IMG/VR virus record: IMGVR_UViG_2882178878_000003
Span: 21,909-85,908 of that record
Source of the DNA: a virus
Lineage: Duplodnaviria; Caudoviricetes
DNA length: 64,000 bases
Direction: 5' to 3' (one strand)
Position numbers and translations under genes: made by a program
Shown: positions 49,301 to 58,412 of the stretch, in pieces
Numbering within the stretch: the first letter of the stretch is position 1
Layout of the letters: each line of letters starts with the position of its first letter
Notes under the pieces: model-generated
The model's input: only the letters and a program-made list of their open reading frames with translations
Database searches by the model: none
What the model was told of the DNA's origin: nothing

Positions 49301-52300
49301 TTTGGTGATGGCATTAAACCCTATGTGATGCGCTTTGCGTCCGAGGTGCAAAACGGTGAGATTAATCTAAAAGATGATGATGCTGTTAAGCAGCAGGACA
49401 GCACCACAGAATCACGCCGACCTAAGTTCGGTGATGAGGATTATACACTTGCGCATGCTAAGGCAGATTTAAAAGAGCTTCGTGATAAAGCGGCAGGATT
49501 AAGAATAGGTGACGCAGACCTTGATCGCCGCGTTAAACTGTTTGAAGATATTGTTGAATCAATGCAGGAGCAAGGCAATGACACCACACCGCAACTGGGT
49601 ACGGATGGCAAAGGAACACTGGAAGGAGTTTCGACCCAGGATGTATCAGGATTATCTGAGGCGGGGGATACTGGACCAAAAGGCCGAGGAAGCAGCGGAA
49701 CTAACGTACAAGGAAGTGGACGCACTGGAACAGCAGGGATTCCAGCCCCACGAGGCATGGGAGATGGTGCGGGAGAAGTACATCATCCTGCCGGAGAGCA
49801 AGGACTAATCAAGGCCAATGGCGGCATCAAGCCTGAACAGGCCGTAGTCGCTACCAACACCCCCGACAGCGCCTTTAATATCACCGCAGAGGATAACATT
49901 GGCGCTGGCGGTAAAAAAACCAAGTACCGCAACAACGTAGAGGCCATACGCCTGCTAAAGCAGCTTGAGCAGGAAGGACGTCAGGCCACAGCAGCAGAAC
50001 AAAAAGTCTTAGCCAAGTTTGTTGGCTGGGGCGGATTAGCCGAAGCCTTTAAACGCGACAATGGCGCAGTCACCAAAGGCTGGGAAAAAGAAGTTGCCGA
50101 ACTTGAGCAACTACTTGCCGCTGATGAAATGAAAGCAGCGGTTGATTCATCCAACGCGGCCCACTACACCAGCCCTGAGATTGTCACCGCCCTATGGGAT
50201 GCCATTAAGCAGTTTGGTTTTGTGCAAGGTCGTGTGCTTGAGCCGTCTGTAGGTGTGGGTAACTTCTTTGGTTTAATGCCAAAAGGCATGCGCAGCAAGA
50301 GCGCATTGCATGCCGTAGAGCTTGATACCATTACCGGCGGCATTGCCAAGCAGTTATACCCTGCTGCCAACATCAAGGCGCCAATGGGCTTTCAGGACTA
50401 TCAGACCATTGATGGTTATTTTGATGTGGCGATTGGCAACCCGCCATTTGGCCGCCTGCAAATTACCGATGCGGTGCGCCGTGAAATCAGCGGCATGAGC
50501 ATTCACAACTACTTCTTTGCCAAGTCCATTGACAGCTTAAAGCCTAATGGCGTACTGGCAATGGTGGTCACTAACCGTATGCTTGACACCCCTAACGACA
50601 AGGCGCGGCAATACATGGCCGAGCGTACCGAGTTTCTAGGGGCAATTCGTCTGCCTAATGATGCGTTTTTAGCAAATGCCGGCACCCAAGTCACCACCGA
50701 CCTGATCTTTTTGCGTAGGCTGGGCGAGGATGAGCAGCCCACTGGCCATAGCTGGACACAGGTTAAGGATTACCGCGACAAGAACGGCAATGTTGTTCCG
50801 CTAAACGAATACTTTGTGAAAAACCCGCAAAACATGCTGGGTGATTTTGGCATGTATGGCAGCATGTATAGTGCTGAGGATAGTGCCTTGGTCAAGCGTG
50901 ACGGCCAGGATACCAATGCCCTGTTAAAAGAAGCCATTGGCAACCTGCCTAAAGATGTGTTCAGGGCCGAGCCATCAAAAGCTGAAGAAACCAATGCTGC
51001 ATTAACCCGCGACATTAGCGAAGTCAAAGTCGGCGCCATGTTTGTTGACGGTGATCGCATCATGGAGCGCACGCCTGATGTGATGGGCGAGCAGCAAGCG
51101 GCACCGGTTGAACTGGCAAACAACAAGGCGGTTGAGCGCGTCACTGGCATGATTGGCGTGCAGCAGGCGCTTGCCGATGTGCGCACCTTGCAGTTAAGCC
51201 ATACCGCAACTGAGGCGCAGATTGAAAAGGCACGTAAGGCATTAAATCAATCCTACGATGCCTTTGTTAAAGAAAACGGTTTTATTAATAGTGACGCCAA
51301 CAAGCGGCTAATGCGGGATGACCCCAACTGGCCGCAGTTATCCGCCCTTGAAGATCGTTACGATGCTGGCGTATCGGTTGCTGTATCGAAAAGAACCGGC
51401 GAGCCTACCCGCAAGCCAAGCGCACACAAGGCAGCGATTTTCAGCACCCGCACCCAGTCACCTGTGACCGTAGTCACCAAAGTCAATAGCGCCAAAGACG
51501 CGCTGGTTGAATCCATGAACCGGCATGGCGCGGTACAGATGGACACCATGACCAAACTGTACGGGAAAAGCGAACAGGAGATTATCAGTGAGCTTGGTGA
51601 TCTGGTCTTTAATGATCCTGAGCATGGGCTGGTGACTAAAGATGCTTACCTGTCCGGTAACGTCAAAAAGAAACTGGCACAAGCCAAAGAGGAAGCCAGC
51701 AAAGATCCTGCCTTTGAGCGCAACGTGGTGGCACTGGAACGGGTAATTCCTGCTGACATTGAAGCCATTGATATTGAGGTGCGACCTGGTGCGCACTGGA
51801 TTCCTGCGAGTGATGTGGCTGATTTTATCAACCATGTGCTAAGCACAACCGGTAGCAAGGCAAACTATAGCGGCTATGATTCTGCCTGGTCTGTTGCAGC
51901 AGGTATGCCCAGTGCATCAGCCAACGCCCAGTATTCAACTGAAAGGGTTAAGGCATCAGCCATTGTTGCTCATGCGCTAAATGGCAGCAAGCCTGTAGTG
52001 CGCGATAAGGTAGATGAGCATACTACGGTTATTAACCAGGAGGAAACCGCCCATGCTGGCAAGAAAGTTGATGATGTTAAGCGGGCATGGAAAGACTGGA
52101 TCTGGGAGAGTGACGAGCGCCGTACCCGCCTAAGCCGCCTGTATAACGACACATTCAATACGGATGTGACCCGCACCTATGACGGTTCACACTTAAAGCT
52201 GGAAGGCAAGGTAGACGATAGCGTCATCCGCCTGCGTCCGCACCAGCTTAATGCGGCATGGCGCATCATTCAAAACCCATCCACTCTGGCGGACCATACG

Positions 52301-55300
52301 GTAGGTGCTGGCAAAACCTTTACCTTAATTGCTGCCACAATGGAATTGCGCCGCATGGGGATTGCCAAAAAACCGATGCTGGTAGTACCAAACCATCTGG
52401 TGGGGCAATGGGCGGCTGACTTTACCAAGCTATATCCCAATGCCAATATTTTAGCGGCAACCAAGCGCGACTTTGAAAAAGGCAACCGCAAGCGCTTCTT
52501 TGCCCGCATTGCCAATGGTGATTATGACGCGGTGATTGTGGCGCATTCATCGTTTGGCAGATTAGCCGTTGATCCTAATGCTGAGTCAACTTTCATTCAA
52601 AATGAAATTGATAAGCTGATGGCATTTGAAGCCGAGGCCCGCGAGGGAGAGGGCAAGGATTCGCGCAATGCCAAAAAGATTGCGGATCGCCGCCTGGCGC
52701 TGCAAGAAAAACAGAAAAAGCTATCTGCCGAGCAAAATAAGGACACTGACAACATTTACTGGCATGAGCTTGGCGTAGATACCATCATGGTTGACGAAGC
52801 GCACGAGTTTAAAAATCTGTACTTTGCCAGCAAAATGCAAAACGTGGCCGGCCTGGGCAATGGCAAGGGTTCGCAAAAAGCCAGTGACCTGTACATGAAA
52901 ACTAACATGCTGCAGAAGAATAACCCCAACGCCAAAGTAGTGTTCGCAACCGGTACGCCGATCAGCAACACAATGGCCGAAATGTTTACCATGCAGCGCT
53001 ACCTGGATGGGCAACGACTGGCAGAACAGGGCGTTGAGCATTTTGACGCATGGGCAAAAATGTTTGGTGAAGTGGTGAGTGACTGGGAACTGTCGCCATC
53101 AGGCAAGTACAAGCTGACCAACCGGTTTGCCAAGTTTAGCAATATGCCTGAGCTGATGCAGCGCTACCTGTCCTTTGCTGATGTGATTAACCGCGATGAC
53201 ATTAACCGGCAACTGGCCGAGCGCGGCGAAACCCTGGGCACGCCCAAGATTAAAACCGGCAAGCCCATTAATACCGTAGTTGAGCGCAGTGATGTGCAAG
53301 CGGAATATATTGGCGTGCCATCGGTTGATGAGCATGGTGTTGAGCATTACCCGGAAGGATCGCTGGTACATCGCTCTGAAAACCTGCCGACCAAGCCAGA
53401 AAAAGGCGCAGACAACATGCTTAAGATTATGTCTGACGCGCGTAAGGCGGCACTGGACATGCGCCTGATTGACCCAGCAGCAGCCGATTATGAAGGCTCT
53501 AAAGTCAACGTAGCAGCAGACAACATCATGGCCGACTATCACAAGTGGGCCGATAAAAAAGGCACGCAACTGGTATTTTGTGACCTGTCCACGCCAAAAG
53601 GCGCAGTCGCCAAAGAGCGGGCACGGATTGATGATTTAATGCAGCGTGCCGATCAGGGCGATGAGGACGCGCAAACTGAACTCGACAAAATCAGCCCTGA
53701 TGATTTAGAGGCATTGACCAGCAGCTTTAGTGTGTACGATGACCTAAAAGCCAAGCTGATCGCCAAAGGCATTCCTGAAAATGAAATCGCTTTTATCCAT
53801 GATGCTAATACCGACCTGCAAAAACAGGAGCTTTTTGGCAAGGTTCGTTCCGGCCAGATTCGCGTACTGATTGGCTCAACCTCCAAGATGGGCGCGGGCA
53901 TGAACGTGCAGGATCGCCTGGTTGCCTTGCACCATCTGGATGCACCGTGGCGGCCGTCGGACCTTGAGCAGCGCGAAGGGCGTATCATCCGGCAGGGCAA
54001 TATGCACTACAAGGCTGATCCTGATGGCTTTGAAGTGGGTATTTACCGCTATGCCACCAAGCAAACCCTTGATAGCCGCATGTGGCAAACCCTTGAAACC
54101 AAGGCGCGCTTTATTGAGCAGATTCGCAAGGGTGATTCCAAAGCGCGTGTGGTTGAGGATGTGGGTAGTGAAGCCGCCAATGCTGCAGAAATGAAGGCAG
54201 CATCAAGTGGTGATCCGCGTATCCTGCGTGAAATGGAATTGAAAAAACAGCTCCGCGACATGCAGGAAGAACACGATTCATTCCGCCGCGATAAATTCCG
54301 CGCCGCCGACATGCTCAAGCGTTTAAATCAGGATATTGAAACCCTGCCTGAATTGATTGCCAATATTGAGCAGGACCTACAGATTAAGCAGCCAGAAAAA
54401 TACCGCTATCAAAGCGCCAGCGGTCAGGTGATTCAGCAGGGCGATGAAAAAGCCCGCGAAGTGATTGGCAACAAGCTGGCTTCACTGGCACATAAGGTAG
54501 CTGGTGATAAAAAAGCGGCGTCTGCTGGTGAGATTAATGGCTTTGCGATTGAGATTAAGCCGGTAGAAAATCAAAGCAATATTGTTGAATTTGAGCTAAC
54601 CGGCAAGTCAGGCGAGCCATACAGCACAACCTTTAGCCTTGAACAAGATTCCACTGACTATCTGGTACAGCGCCTAACCAACCTAGTTAAGAAGCTGCCG
54701 GATACGCTACGCCAGGCAAAATCCAGTCTGGACTACGCCAAAACCGAAGCACCCAAGCTGCAGAAAAAAGCCGAAGCCAAATGGGATAGGCAGGCTGAAA
54801 TGGGCCGTTTGCAGCAAGAGCATGAAGCCTTGATTGATGAGCTTAAGCCCAAGAAAAAGGACGACAGCAACGATGCTGGCAAGCCACTACACAGCCGCCA
54901 GCAGGAACAGCAGCGCACCAATACCACGACCAAGCAGGTACGTGACAAGCTGGTCGAGAAGTTTGGCGAGGATGTTATCCAGTCACTTGAGCAGCAAGGC
55001 TTGCTTGAGATCGTGGATACTCATTCTGAAGCAGGTGTTGAGGGCTTTTATCACAACGGCAAGGTCACATTAGTCGCTGATGGCTTAACCGCTGATACCA
55101 TCATTCCCACATTCCTGCATGAGCTGGGCGGGCATGGCGGAATGCAGGGCTTGATGAAGCCATCCACCTACAATGAGCTCATGCGCGGTTTTGAGGCTAT
55201 GGTGAAGTCTGGCAACCCACTGGCACTGGAAGCTAAACGCCGCGCAGAGGTGGAAACAGATCCAGCAGTACAACAGCAGGAATACTTGCCTTACCTGATT

Positions 55301-58279
55301 TCGGTAGCCAGTGAAGCTCAGGCGGCAGGTGAGAAAAGTGGGGCATTACAGGCAATACAGCGCTTCATTCAGCGTGTGATCAGTGCAATCAAGGCTTGGG
55401 CAGTTGATAAACTTGGCGTACCGCTAAACCTTAATCCTGATGACGTGGTGGCATTGGCTGAACGGATGGTGCAGCGTGTTGCCAGAGATAAAAGTCAGTC
55501 TGCAAATGCTACGCTTCCCCACTCCCCAGGACAGTCAAAGACTGGCCATGGGGGAGTAGTAGGCAATAGAACCTCTGAACAAAATACACTCAAACCTGAG
55601 GATATTGTCAAGAAGATGGGGGATAAGCCCTTATTCAGCCGTCGTGCACCTGGTGCGTTTGCGCAAGGCATCAAGGCAGCTACAGTGCAAAATATCAAAG
55701 ACCAGACCAGCTATAAGTTTAAGGACTGGCTGGGAGTGGGCTTGCAGGTACTGGGACGCCGCCAGTTAGTTGATATTTACCATAAACTGCTGCCACAGCT
55801 CACCCAGTACAATAATCTGGCTGCACAAATGGACGCCGACAAGAATGACGCCGGCGCCAAGGCGGATGAACTGGCGCAGCGCTGGGCGAAGGTCAAAGAC
55901 CATGAGGCACTGGCCAACCTGATGCATGATGCCACATTGTCCGGTTTTGATCCGGCATTGCCATATAGTCAGGGCGATCGCTTCAAATATCAGCAATTAC
56001 GCAGAGCATATGATGCTCTAACCCCTGAAGCCAAAGCCTTATATGCCGATGTGCGTGATGCCTATACCGACCATCAAAAGGCAGTAATGTACGCCATCAA
56101 GCAACGCATCATGCGCAGTGAACTTAGTAACCAGAAAAAGGCCGAGCTGCTTAAAAACATGGACAGCAACTTTTTCCATAAACGAAAAGGCGTGTATTTT
56201 CCGCTGGCTCGTTTTGGCAAATATGTGGTGGTGGTTCGCAACAATGCAGGCGTGGTTGAAAGCGTCAGCCGGGCAGAAACCATGGGCGAGGCGCAGGCCA
56301 TGCGTAAAGAGCTGCTGGATCAGTTCCCGCAAAATCAGGGCTTTGCCATTAGTGAAGTGAGTAAGGACAAGGCGTTTGTGGCATCACGCGATATGGTAGG
56401 CCGTGGCTTTATGACCGAGCTGTATGCTGAACTGGACAAGCAAAACATTCCAGCCAGCCAAAAGGCCGAACTGGAAGATACCTTGGGTCAGTTGTATTTA
56501 TCCTCCTTACCAGATTTGTCTTGGGCAAAGCATGGTATTCATCGTAAAGGCACTGCCGGGTTTAGCCAGGATGCACGCCGGGCTTTTGCACAGCACATGT
56601 TCCATGGTGCAAGCTATCTGGCAAAGCTGCGTTATGCTGACCTACTTGCCAGTGAGCTGGATGCCATGCAGAAGTACAGCGACCAGCAAAAAAACAATCC
56701 GGATTTTGACCAGCCCACTGCCCAGAGCGTGATTGATGAAATGAACGTGCGGCATGAATCCCTAATGAATCCTAAAGGGCATCCGTTATCCAGTGCCTTA
56801 ACCAGCCTTGGCTTTATTTATCACTTAGGCTTATCGCCAGCATCAGCCATTGTGAATTTACTGCAAACCCCGTTGGTGGCTTATCCCATTCTAGGAGCCA
56901 AGTGGGGCTTTGATAAGGCAGCTACGGCACTCACCCGCGCATCTGCTGAAGCCATGAAACACAAGAATGAGCTGGACAAGGGGTTACAAGGTGATGAATT
57001 ACGTGCCTACAAGGAAGCCGTTCGCCGTGGCGTGATTGATGTCACCCAGGCACATGACCTTGCTGGGATTGCGCAAGGCGAAGACAGTGCGGTGATGTGG
57101 AAAATGCGCCCAGTCATGCGCTGGGCCAGCGTTCTGTTCCACCATGCCGAGCGCTTTAACCGGGGCGCAACCTTTTTGGCAGCGTACCGGTTGGCGCGTG
57201 CAGCCAATACCAATCATGCCGATGCCTTTGATCAGGCAGTAGAAGCAACCTATGCTGGCCACTTTGACTATTCTGCGGGTAACCGGGCTAGAATCATGCA
57301 GGGCAATACTGCCAAGGTCATATTACTGTTCAAGCAATTTAGCCAGAACATGATTTACACCATGGCTCGTAATGCCCAGCAGGCCATCATGGCCACTGAT
57401 CCAGCCAAGCAAAAGGAAGCGCGCCGGATAATTCGTGGAATGCTGATTACACATAGCCTTGCCGCGGGAATCTACGGGCTGCCAATGGTGACCGTACTTC
57501 TGGCCGCTGCGTCCATGCTAGGCAGTGATGATGACGAGCCATGGGATGCGGAAACGGCATTTAGAAACTATCTGGCTGATACATTTGGCGCAACCGCAGC
57601 CAATGTCATGACACGTGGTGTGTCCCGTGCAACCCCATTTGATATTTCAGGCCGTGTGGGGCTGGATCACATGATCTTTCCGGATACGCAAGAAGGGCTG
57701 GAAGGCCAGCGCTGGGCAGAATCTTTTGCGTCAGGTGCATTGGGGCCAGTCGCTGGTATTGGCATGAATCTGGCCAAAGGGGCAAGCCAGATTGCCGATG
57801 GTGACTGGGCGCATGGTTTAGAGAGTATGGCGCCGGCTGCACTACGTGGACCATTAAAGGCATTGCGCTATGAGCAGGAAGGTGCAATTGATAAGTCTGG
57901 CGTCTCCATTCTGGATGAAGTTAGTCTACCTAGTATTGTGGGGCAGGCCGCAGGTTTCTCACCGTCCAGCGTACGCACGGCAACTGAAGGCAAGTCAGCC
58001 ATTTTGAGCATGGAACGTAAAGTAGCATCGCGCCGCAGTGACCTACTGAATGATTTCTCACAGGCCGCCATTAAGGGTGATACCGAAAAAATGAATGAGA
58101 TCCGTGCAGAAATTGCCACGTTTAATCAGGCACAGCCTACACATCGCATTCAAGCCAACCACTTAATGCAAAGTGTCCGGCAAAAGCGCAAACGCATTAA
58201 TCAGGCTGAGCACGGGGTATATCTACCGCGTGGCAAGCGTGAATTGCTGGATGAGGGCCGCTTTGCCTTTGATCAATAG
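43340..58279 (+). CDS. Giant polyvalent injected protein: ParB-like, N6-adenine methyltransferase, SNF2 helicase (DarB-like), zincin-like peptidase and PLxRFG domains
   Basis: ESGNGRT (~47246), VLEPSVGVGNF and NPPF (50438), GAGKT (52304), DEAH (52793), WRPSDLEQREGRIIRQGN, HELGGH (55118), PLARFG (56201). Confidence 0.85.
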   Translation: MSDSKIDWSKGTLTQPANPENNNEAIDWNNGTLTHPDEIPVKKNKGIVGHLQDTAASLASGLASVPDMAVGVADMYTEGRAGKAIDDTGVYKMGEASKYWQDKKTDIAKEQDITRQSTEGIWNKTKYVLENPSQITNAVVESAPSILAGGVAGRISKIANPLVAGAVGEGIVGAGAQAENIRQQTNDGLLDNGQQAAAAGTGALTSLFSMAGGKLAQKMGIGDVDTLLTRGHATPAQVAGEIASMPAKSLPRKVIEGAISEGFLEELPQSVSEQIIQNLALDKPWHEGVEDAAVMGTLAGMAMGGGIAPFHGNPPTSPSGQDNSLPPENPNNPLAPLPAPAGNDLGSTPMEGEYIPRPNSQDPAQAGRTPETVDGTATEWFDRERLQNAPANTSPDLLTGIENQPEAFDAPANPALPAPSIEPAKPSEQLGLDPNAGSLSAAAALAVDSGASPHITNPDTAINQVDESAQAAGDLTKPRTTADDIKNGFNALAGGAVDAMVERTSDLLQAGQDVTFYKPDSIASALQNPNYHVQQNEDGSATVLGALDPRTNEWIGQAPAQPDTSQQITPADNGQDINTSRQRSNTNRTNEQVMDDALAAVQRTKDKLNDPSRYPELHTEQAINERKDYELPGGYVRSLADQLSSGEAVEANNSRRANIFLNNPNFNAAKNEDGVVAVLGIKHPDTGEWVGRAPEQTTTSNPAAAAQSPAAQEQSPQAPTLTSEYAPGSVPHARDIATQALEQYSGDTTGLTDKGQSLTSHSPAADLIYYKNSPSFSNVEVQDAGDKAVVQLTNAKTGAVETRDYPQSLVGFNQFLDGGQAETTPAQASSATTAQPTESNQVEQLEQQLADTKNVAQKAQLRKQINELKVQQGEQAAPVLGADGNNKWFGSQQKAQGFIDKNKLDDTHQVVQTEKNRFEIQPKQPATQNVQDAPQSVEPAVQQQNAEVPNPYKENQLRANVRNINTQVSSNAKDATTRPQAFNQEVQKQYPGLYARAEALAKTAKTTPAGRRGNTQFSSLSFDGDKTYQSGDPYPKKPTKDEVLQQAIWHLSQDDKNNESHAWDNLDEQQKTEVLKRAGWKTNAGGLNVIGKKLLKQNSTAVNTETMKIIERNMPGNQGVQQQSVKPASTDAKSMTEAEFDQAMNSEAGARSLVDKGISAGLFTQQDIDTVTNGNFAAGWTQLDQNDSLKSLFKSKGLIQGQAQQPAQQGTAKPKTVTTSSGKQIEVRFKVVEASELGTSHTGNGAINPAYPQELQPRDRSRSASINQINDIAANLNPHMLGDSPTVTDGAPIVSSDNIVESGNGRTLAITKAYQTGRGEAYRQHLRDAGYDVNGMQQPVLVRERVTPMTMQERIEYTGEANQRNTLGLSVSEQAEQDAKKLSSRVTSLYRGGDINSPTNTPFIKALMNEVVPQSEHGNMQQKDGQLSQDGRRRIQAALLQKAYGDSALVTEVFESTDTEIASIGKALLDVAGEWALMRDGVQNGELLQDVDVTANLMEAVRIVQKARAERRSIAEVARQDDIFSGTIDPVTEGWLSVFYRGDHFNRARSREKVSGALSYYVGQASLSTKGENLLGETAPGGREILGATNERTRKQEQDTQQDIFSSPRANESNPAESGRAGQGRTTEKQNEEAAKPEVGREKSDVQVMSENKGDIAEDIAREIQRVNRLKQSIRKQGKQTSLQADRSKVAKKWGLNPVGWGKFDIVFGAAVLADVAAGFDSNASFEQLKAAAIKKIDELVEAKAKEGVAVKAPDTHAGVSPASFKALQDLRLAPHPKTLEGLLEQYEQTRDAANQIAAEATDPAVSKAYRQQADMYEAEARIVRSELGTKKQEQTENSKPDLVEEIQSMSLDDISALFDEVAQENNAVETSKPKAKRSTKGKTATGKPRPKPKEAQAEKIDPENKEDTKRTASAIAKDIGANLSDAGLNALDGLAKLFGGNGKMNSGLSFDEDTYAKAKPHFVQSAKSTIEAGKNLKDLIRALINAFGDGIKPYVMRFASEVQNGEINLKDDDAVKQQDSTTESRRPKFGDEDYTLAHAKADLKELRDKAAGLRIGDADLDRRVKLFEDIVESMQEQGNDTTPQLGTDGKGTLEGVSTQDVSGLSEAGDTGPKGRGSSGTNVQGSGRTGTAGIPAPRGMGDGAGEVHHPAGEQGLIKANGGIKPEQAVVATNTPDSAFNITAEDNIGAGGKKTKYRNNVEAIRLLKQLEQEGRQATAAEQKVLAKFVGWGGLAEAFKRDNGAVTKGWEKEVAELEQLLAADEMKAAVDSSNAAHYTSPEIVTALWDAIKQFGFVQGRVLEPSVGVGNFFGLMPKGMRSKSALHAVELDTITGGIAKQLYPAANIKAPMGFQDYQTIDGYFDVAIGNPPFGRLQITDAVRREISGMSIHNYFFAKSIDSLKPNGVLAMVVTNRMLDTPNDKARQYMAERTEFLGAIRLPNDAFLANAGTQVTTDLIFLRRLGEDEQPTGHSWTQVKDYRDKNGNVVPLNEYFVKNPQNMLGDFGMYGSMYSAEDSALVKRDGQDTNALLKEAIGNLPKDVFRAEPSKAEETNAALTRDISEVKVGAMFVDGDRIMERTPDVMGEQQAAPVELANNKAVERVTGMIGVQQALADVRTLQLSHTATEAQIEKARKALNQSYDAFVKENGFINSDANKRLMRDDPNWPQLSALEDRYDAGVSVAVSKRTGEPTRKPSAHKAAIFSTRTQSPVTVVTKVNSAKDALVESMNRHGAVQMDTMTKLYGKSEQEIISELGDLVFNDPEHGLVTKDAYLSGNVKKKLAQAKEEASKDPAFERNVVALERVIPADIEAIDIEVRPGAHWIPASDVADFINHVLSTTGSKANYSGYDSAWSVAAGMPSASANAQYSTERVKASAIVAHALNGSKPVVRDKVDEHTTVINQEETAHAGKKVDDVKRAWKDWIWESDERRTRLSRLYNDTFNTDVTRTYDGSHLKLEGKVDDSVIRLRPHQLNAAWRIIQNPSTLADHTVGAGKTFTLIAATMELRRMGIAKKPMLVVPNHLVGQWAADFTKLYPNANILAATKRDFEKGNRKRFFARIANGDYDAVIVAHSSFGRLAVDPNAESTFIQNEIDKLMAFEAEAREGEGKDSRNAKKIADRRLALQEKQKKLSAEQNKDTDNIYWHELGVDTIMVDEAHEFKNLYFASKMQNVAGLGNGKGSQKASDLYMKTNMLQKNNPNAKVVFATGTPISNTMAEMFTMQRYLDGQRLAEQGVEHFDAWAKMFGEVVSDWELSPSGKYKLTNRFAKFSNMPELMQRYLSFADVINRDDINRQLAERGETLGTPKIKTGKPINTVVERSDVQAEYIGVPSVDEHGVEHYPEGSLVHRSENLPTKPEKGADNMLKIMSDARKAALDMRLIDPAAADYEGSKVNVAADNIMADYHKWADKKGTQLVFCDLSTPKGAVAKERARIDDLMQRADQGDEDAQTELDKISPDDLEALTSSFSVYDDLKAKLIAKGIPENEIAFIHDANTDLQKQELFGKVRSGQIRVLIGSTSKMGAGMNVQDRLVALHHLDAPWRPSDLEQREGRIIRQGNMHYKADPDGFEVGIYRYATKQTLDSRMWQTLETKARFIEQIRKGDSKARVVEDVGSEAANAAEMKAASSGDPRILREMELKKQLRDMQEEHDSFRRDKFRAADMLKRLNQDIETLPELIANIEQDLQIKQPEKYRYQSASGQVIQQGDEKAREVIGNKLASLAHKVAGDKKAASAGEINGFAIEIKPVENQSNIVEFELTGKSGEPYSTTFSLEQDSTDYLVQRLTNLVKKLPDTLRQAKSSLDYAKTEAPKLQKKAEAKWDRQAEMGRLQQEHEALIDELKPKKKDDSNDAGKPLHSRQQEQQRTNTTTKQVRDKLVEKFGEDVIQSLEQQGLLEIVDTHSEAGVEGFYHNGKVTLVADGLTADTIIPTFLHELGGHGGMQGLMKPSTYNELMRGFEAMVKSGNPLALEAKRRAEVETDPAVQQQEYLPYLISVASEAQAAGEKSGALQAIQRFIQRVISAIKAWAVDKLGVPLNLNPDDVVALAERMVQRVARDKSQSANATLPHSPGQSKTGHGGVVGNRTSEQNTLKPEDIVKKMGDKPLFSRRAPGAFAQGIKAATVQNIKDQTSYKFKDWLGVGLQVLGRRQLVDIYHKLLPQLTQYNNLAAQMDADKNDAGAKADELAQRWAKVKDHEALANLMHDATLSGFDPALPYSQGDRFKYQQLRRAYDALTPEAKALYADVRDAYTDHQKAVMYAIKQRIMRSELSNQKKAELLKNMDSNFFHKRKGVYFPLARFGKYVVVVRNNAGVVESVSRAETMGEAQAMRKELLDQFPQNQGFAISEVSKDKAFVASRDMVGRGFMTELYAELDKQNIPASQKAELEDTLGQLYLSSLPDLSWAKHGIHRKGTAGFSQDARRAFAQHMFHGASYLAKLRYADLLASELDAMQKYSDQQKNNPDFDQPTAQSVIDEMNVRHESLMNPKGHPLSSALTSLGFIYHLGLSPASAIVNLLQTPLVAYPILGAKWGFDKAATALTRASAEAMKHKNELDKGLQGDELRAYKEAVRRGVIDVTQAHDLAGIAQGEDSAVMWKMRPVMRWASVLFHHAERFNRGATFLAAYRLARAANTNHADAFDQAVEATYAGHFDYSAGNRARIMQGNTAKVILLFKQFSQNMIYTMARNAQQAIMATDPAKQKEARRIIRGMLITHSLAAGIYGLPMVTVLLAAASMLGSDDDEPWDAETAFRNYLADTFGATAANVMTRGVSRATPFDISGRVGLDHMIFPDTQEGLEGQRWAESFASGALGPVAGIGMNLAKGASQIADGDWAHGLESMAPAALRGPLKALRYEQEGAIDKSGVSILDEVSLPSIVGQAAGFSPSSVRTATEGKSAILSMERKVASRRSDLLNDFSQAAIKGDTEKMNEIRAEIATFNQAQPTHRIQANHLMQSVRQKRKRINQAEHGVYLPRGKRELLDEGRFAFDQ

Positions 58280-58286
58280 TCCGCAC

Positions 58287-58328
58287 CCCCTGTAGGGCTG
58301 GTCACATATCAGCCTTCTGCAAGAAACT
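58287..58328 (+). promoter_or_regulatory. Late promoter motif copy 9 (lysis)
   Basis: CCCCTGTAGGG at 58287-58297; GAAACT at +26. Confidence 0.75.
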
Positions 58329-58412
58329 CTGTCCATTGGCCGACCCCAAGGACGGAGTTTAAGAAGCTCTGAACTTTATAAGTCAGGGCTTTCTTATTTG
58401 TGGAGATGAACA

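Noticed and set aside
43350-58119. Many 60-190-aa antisense or alternate-frame ORFs inside the giant gene and other long genes
   Set aside because: Shadow ORFs fully overlapping well-supported genes, with no recognisable motifs.
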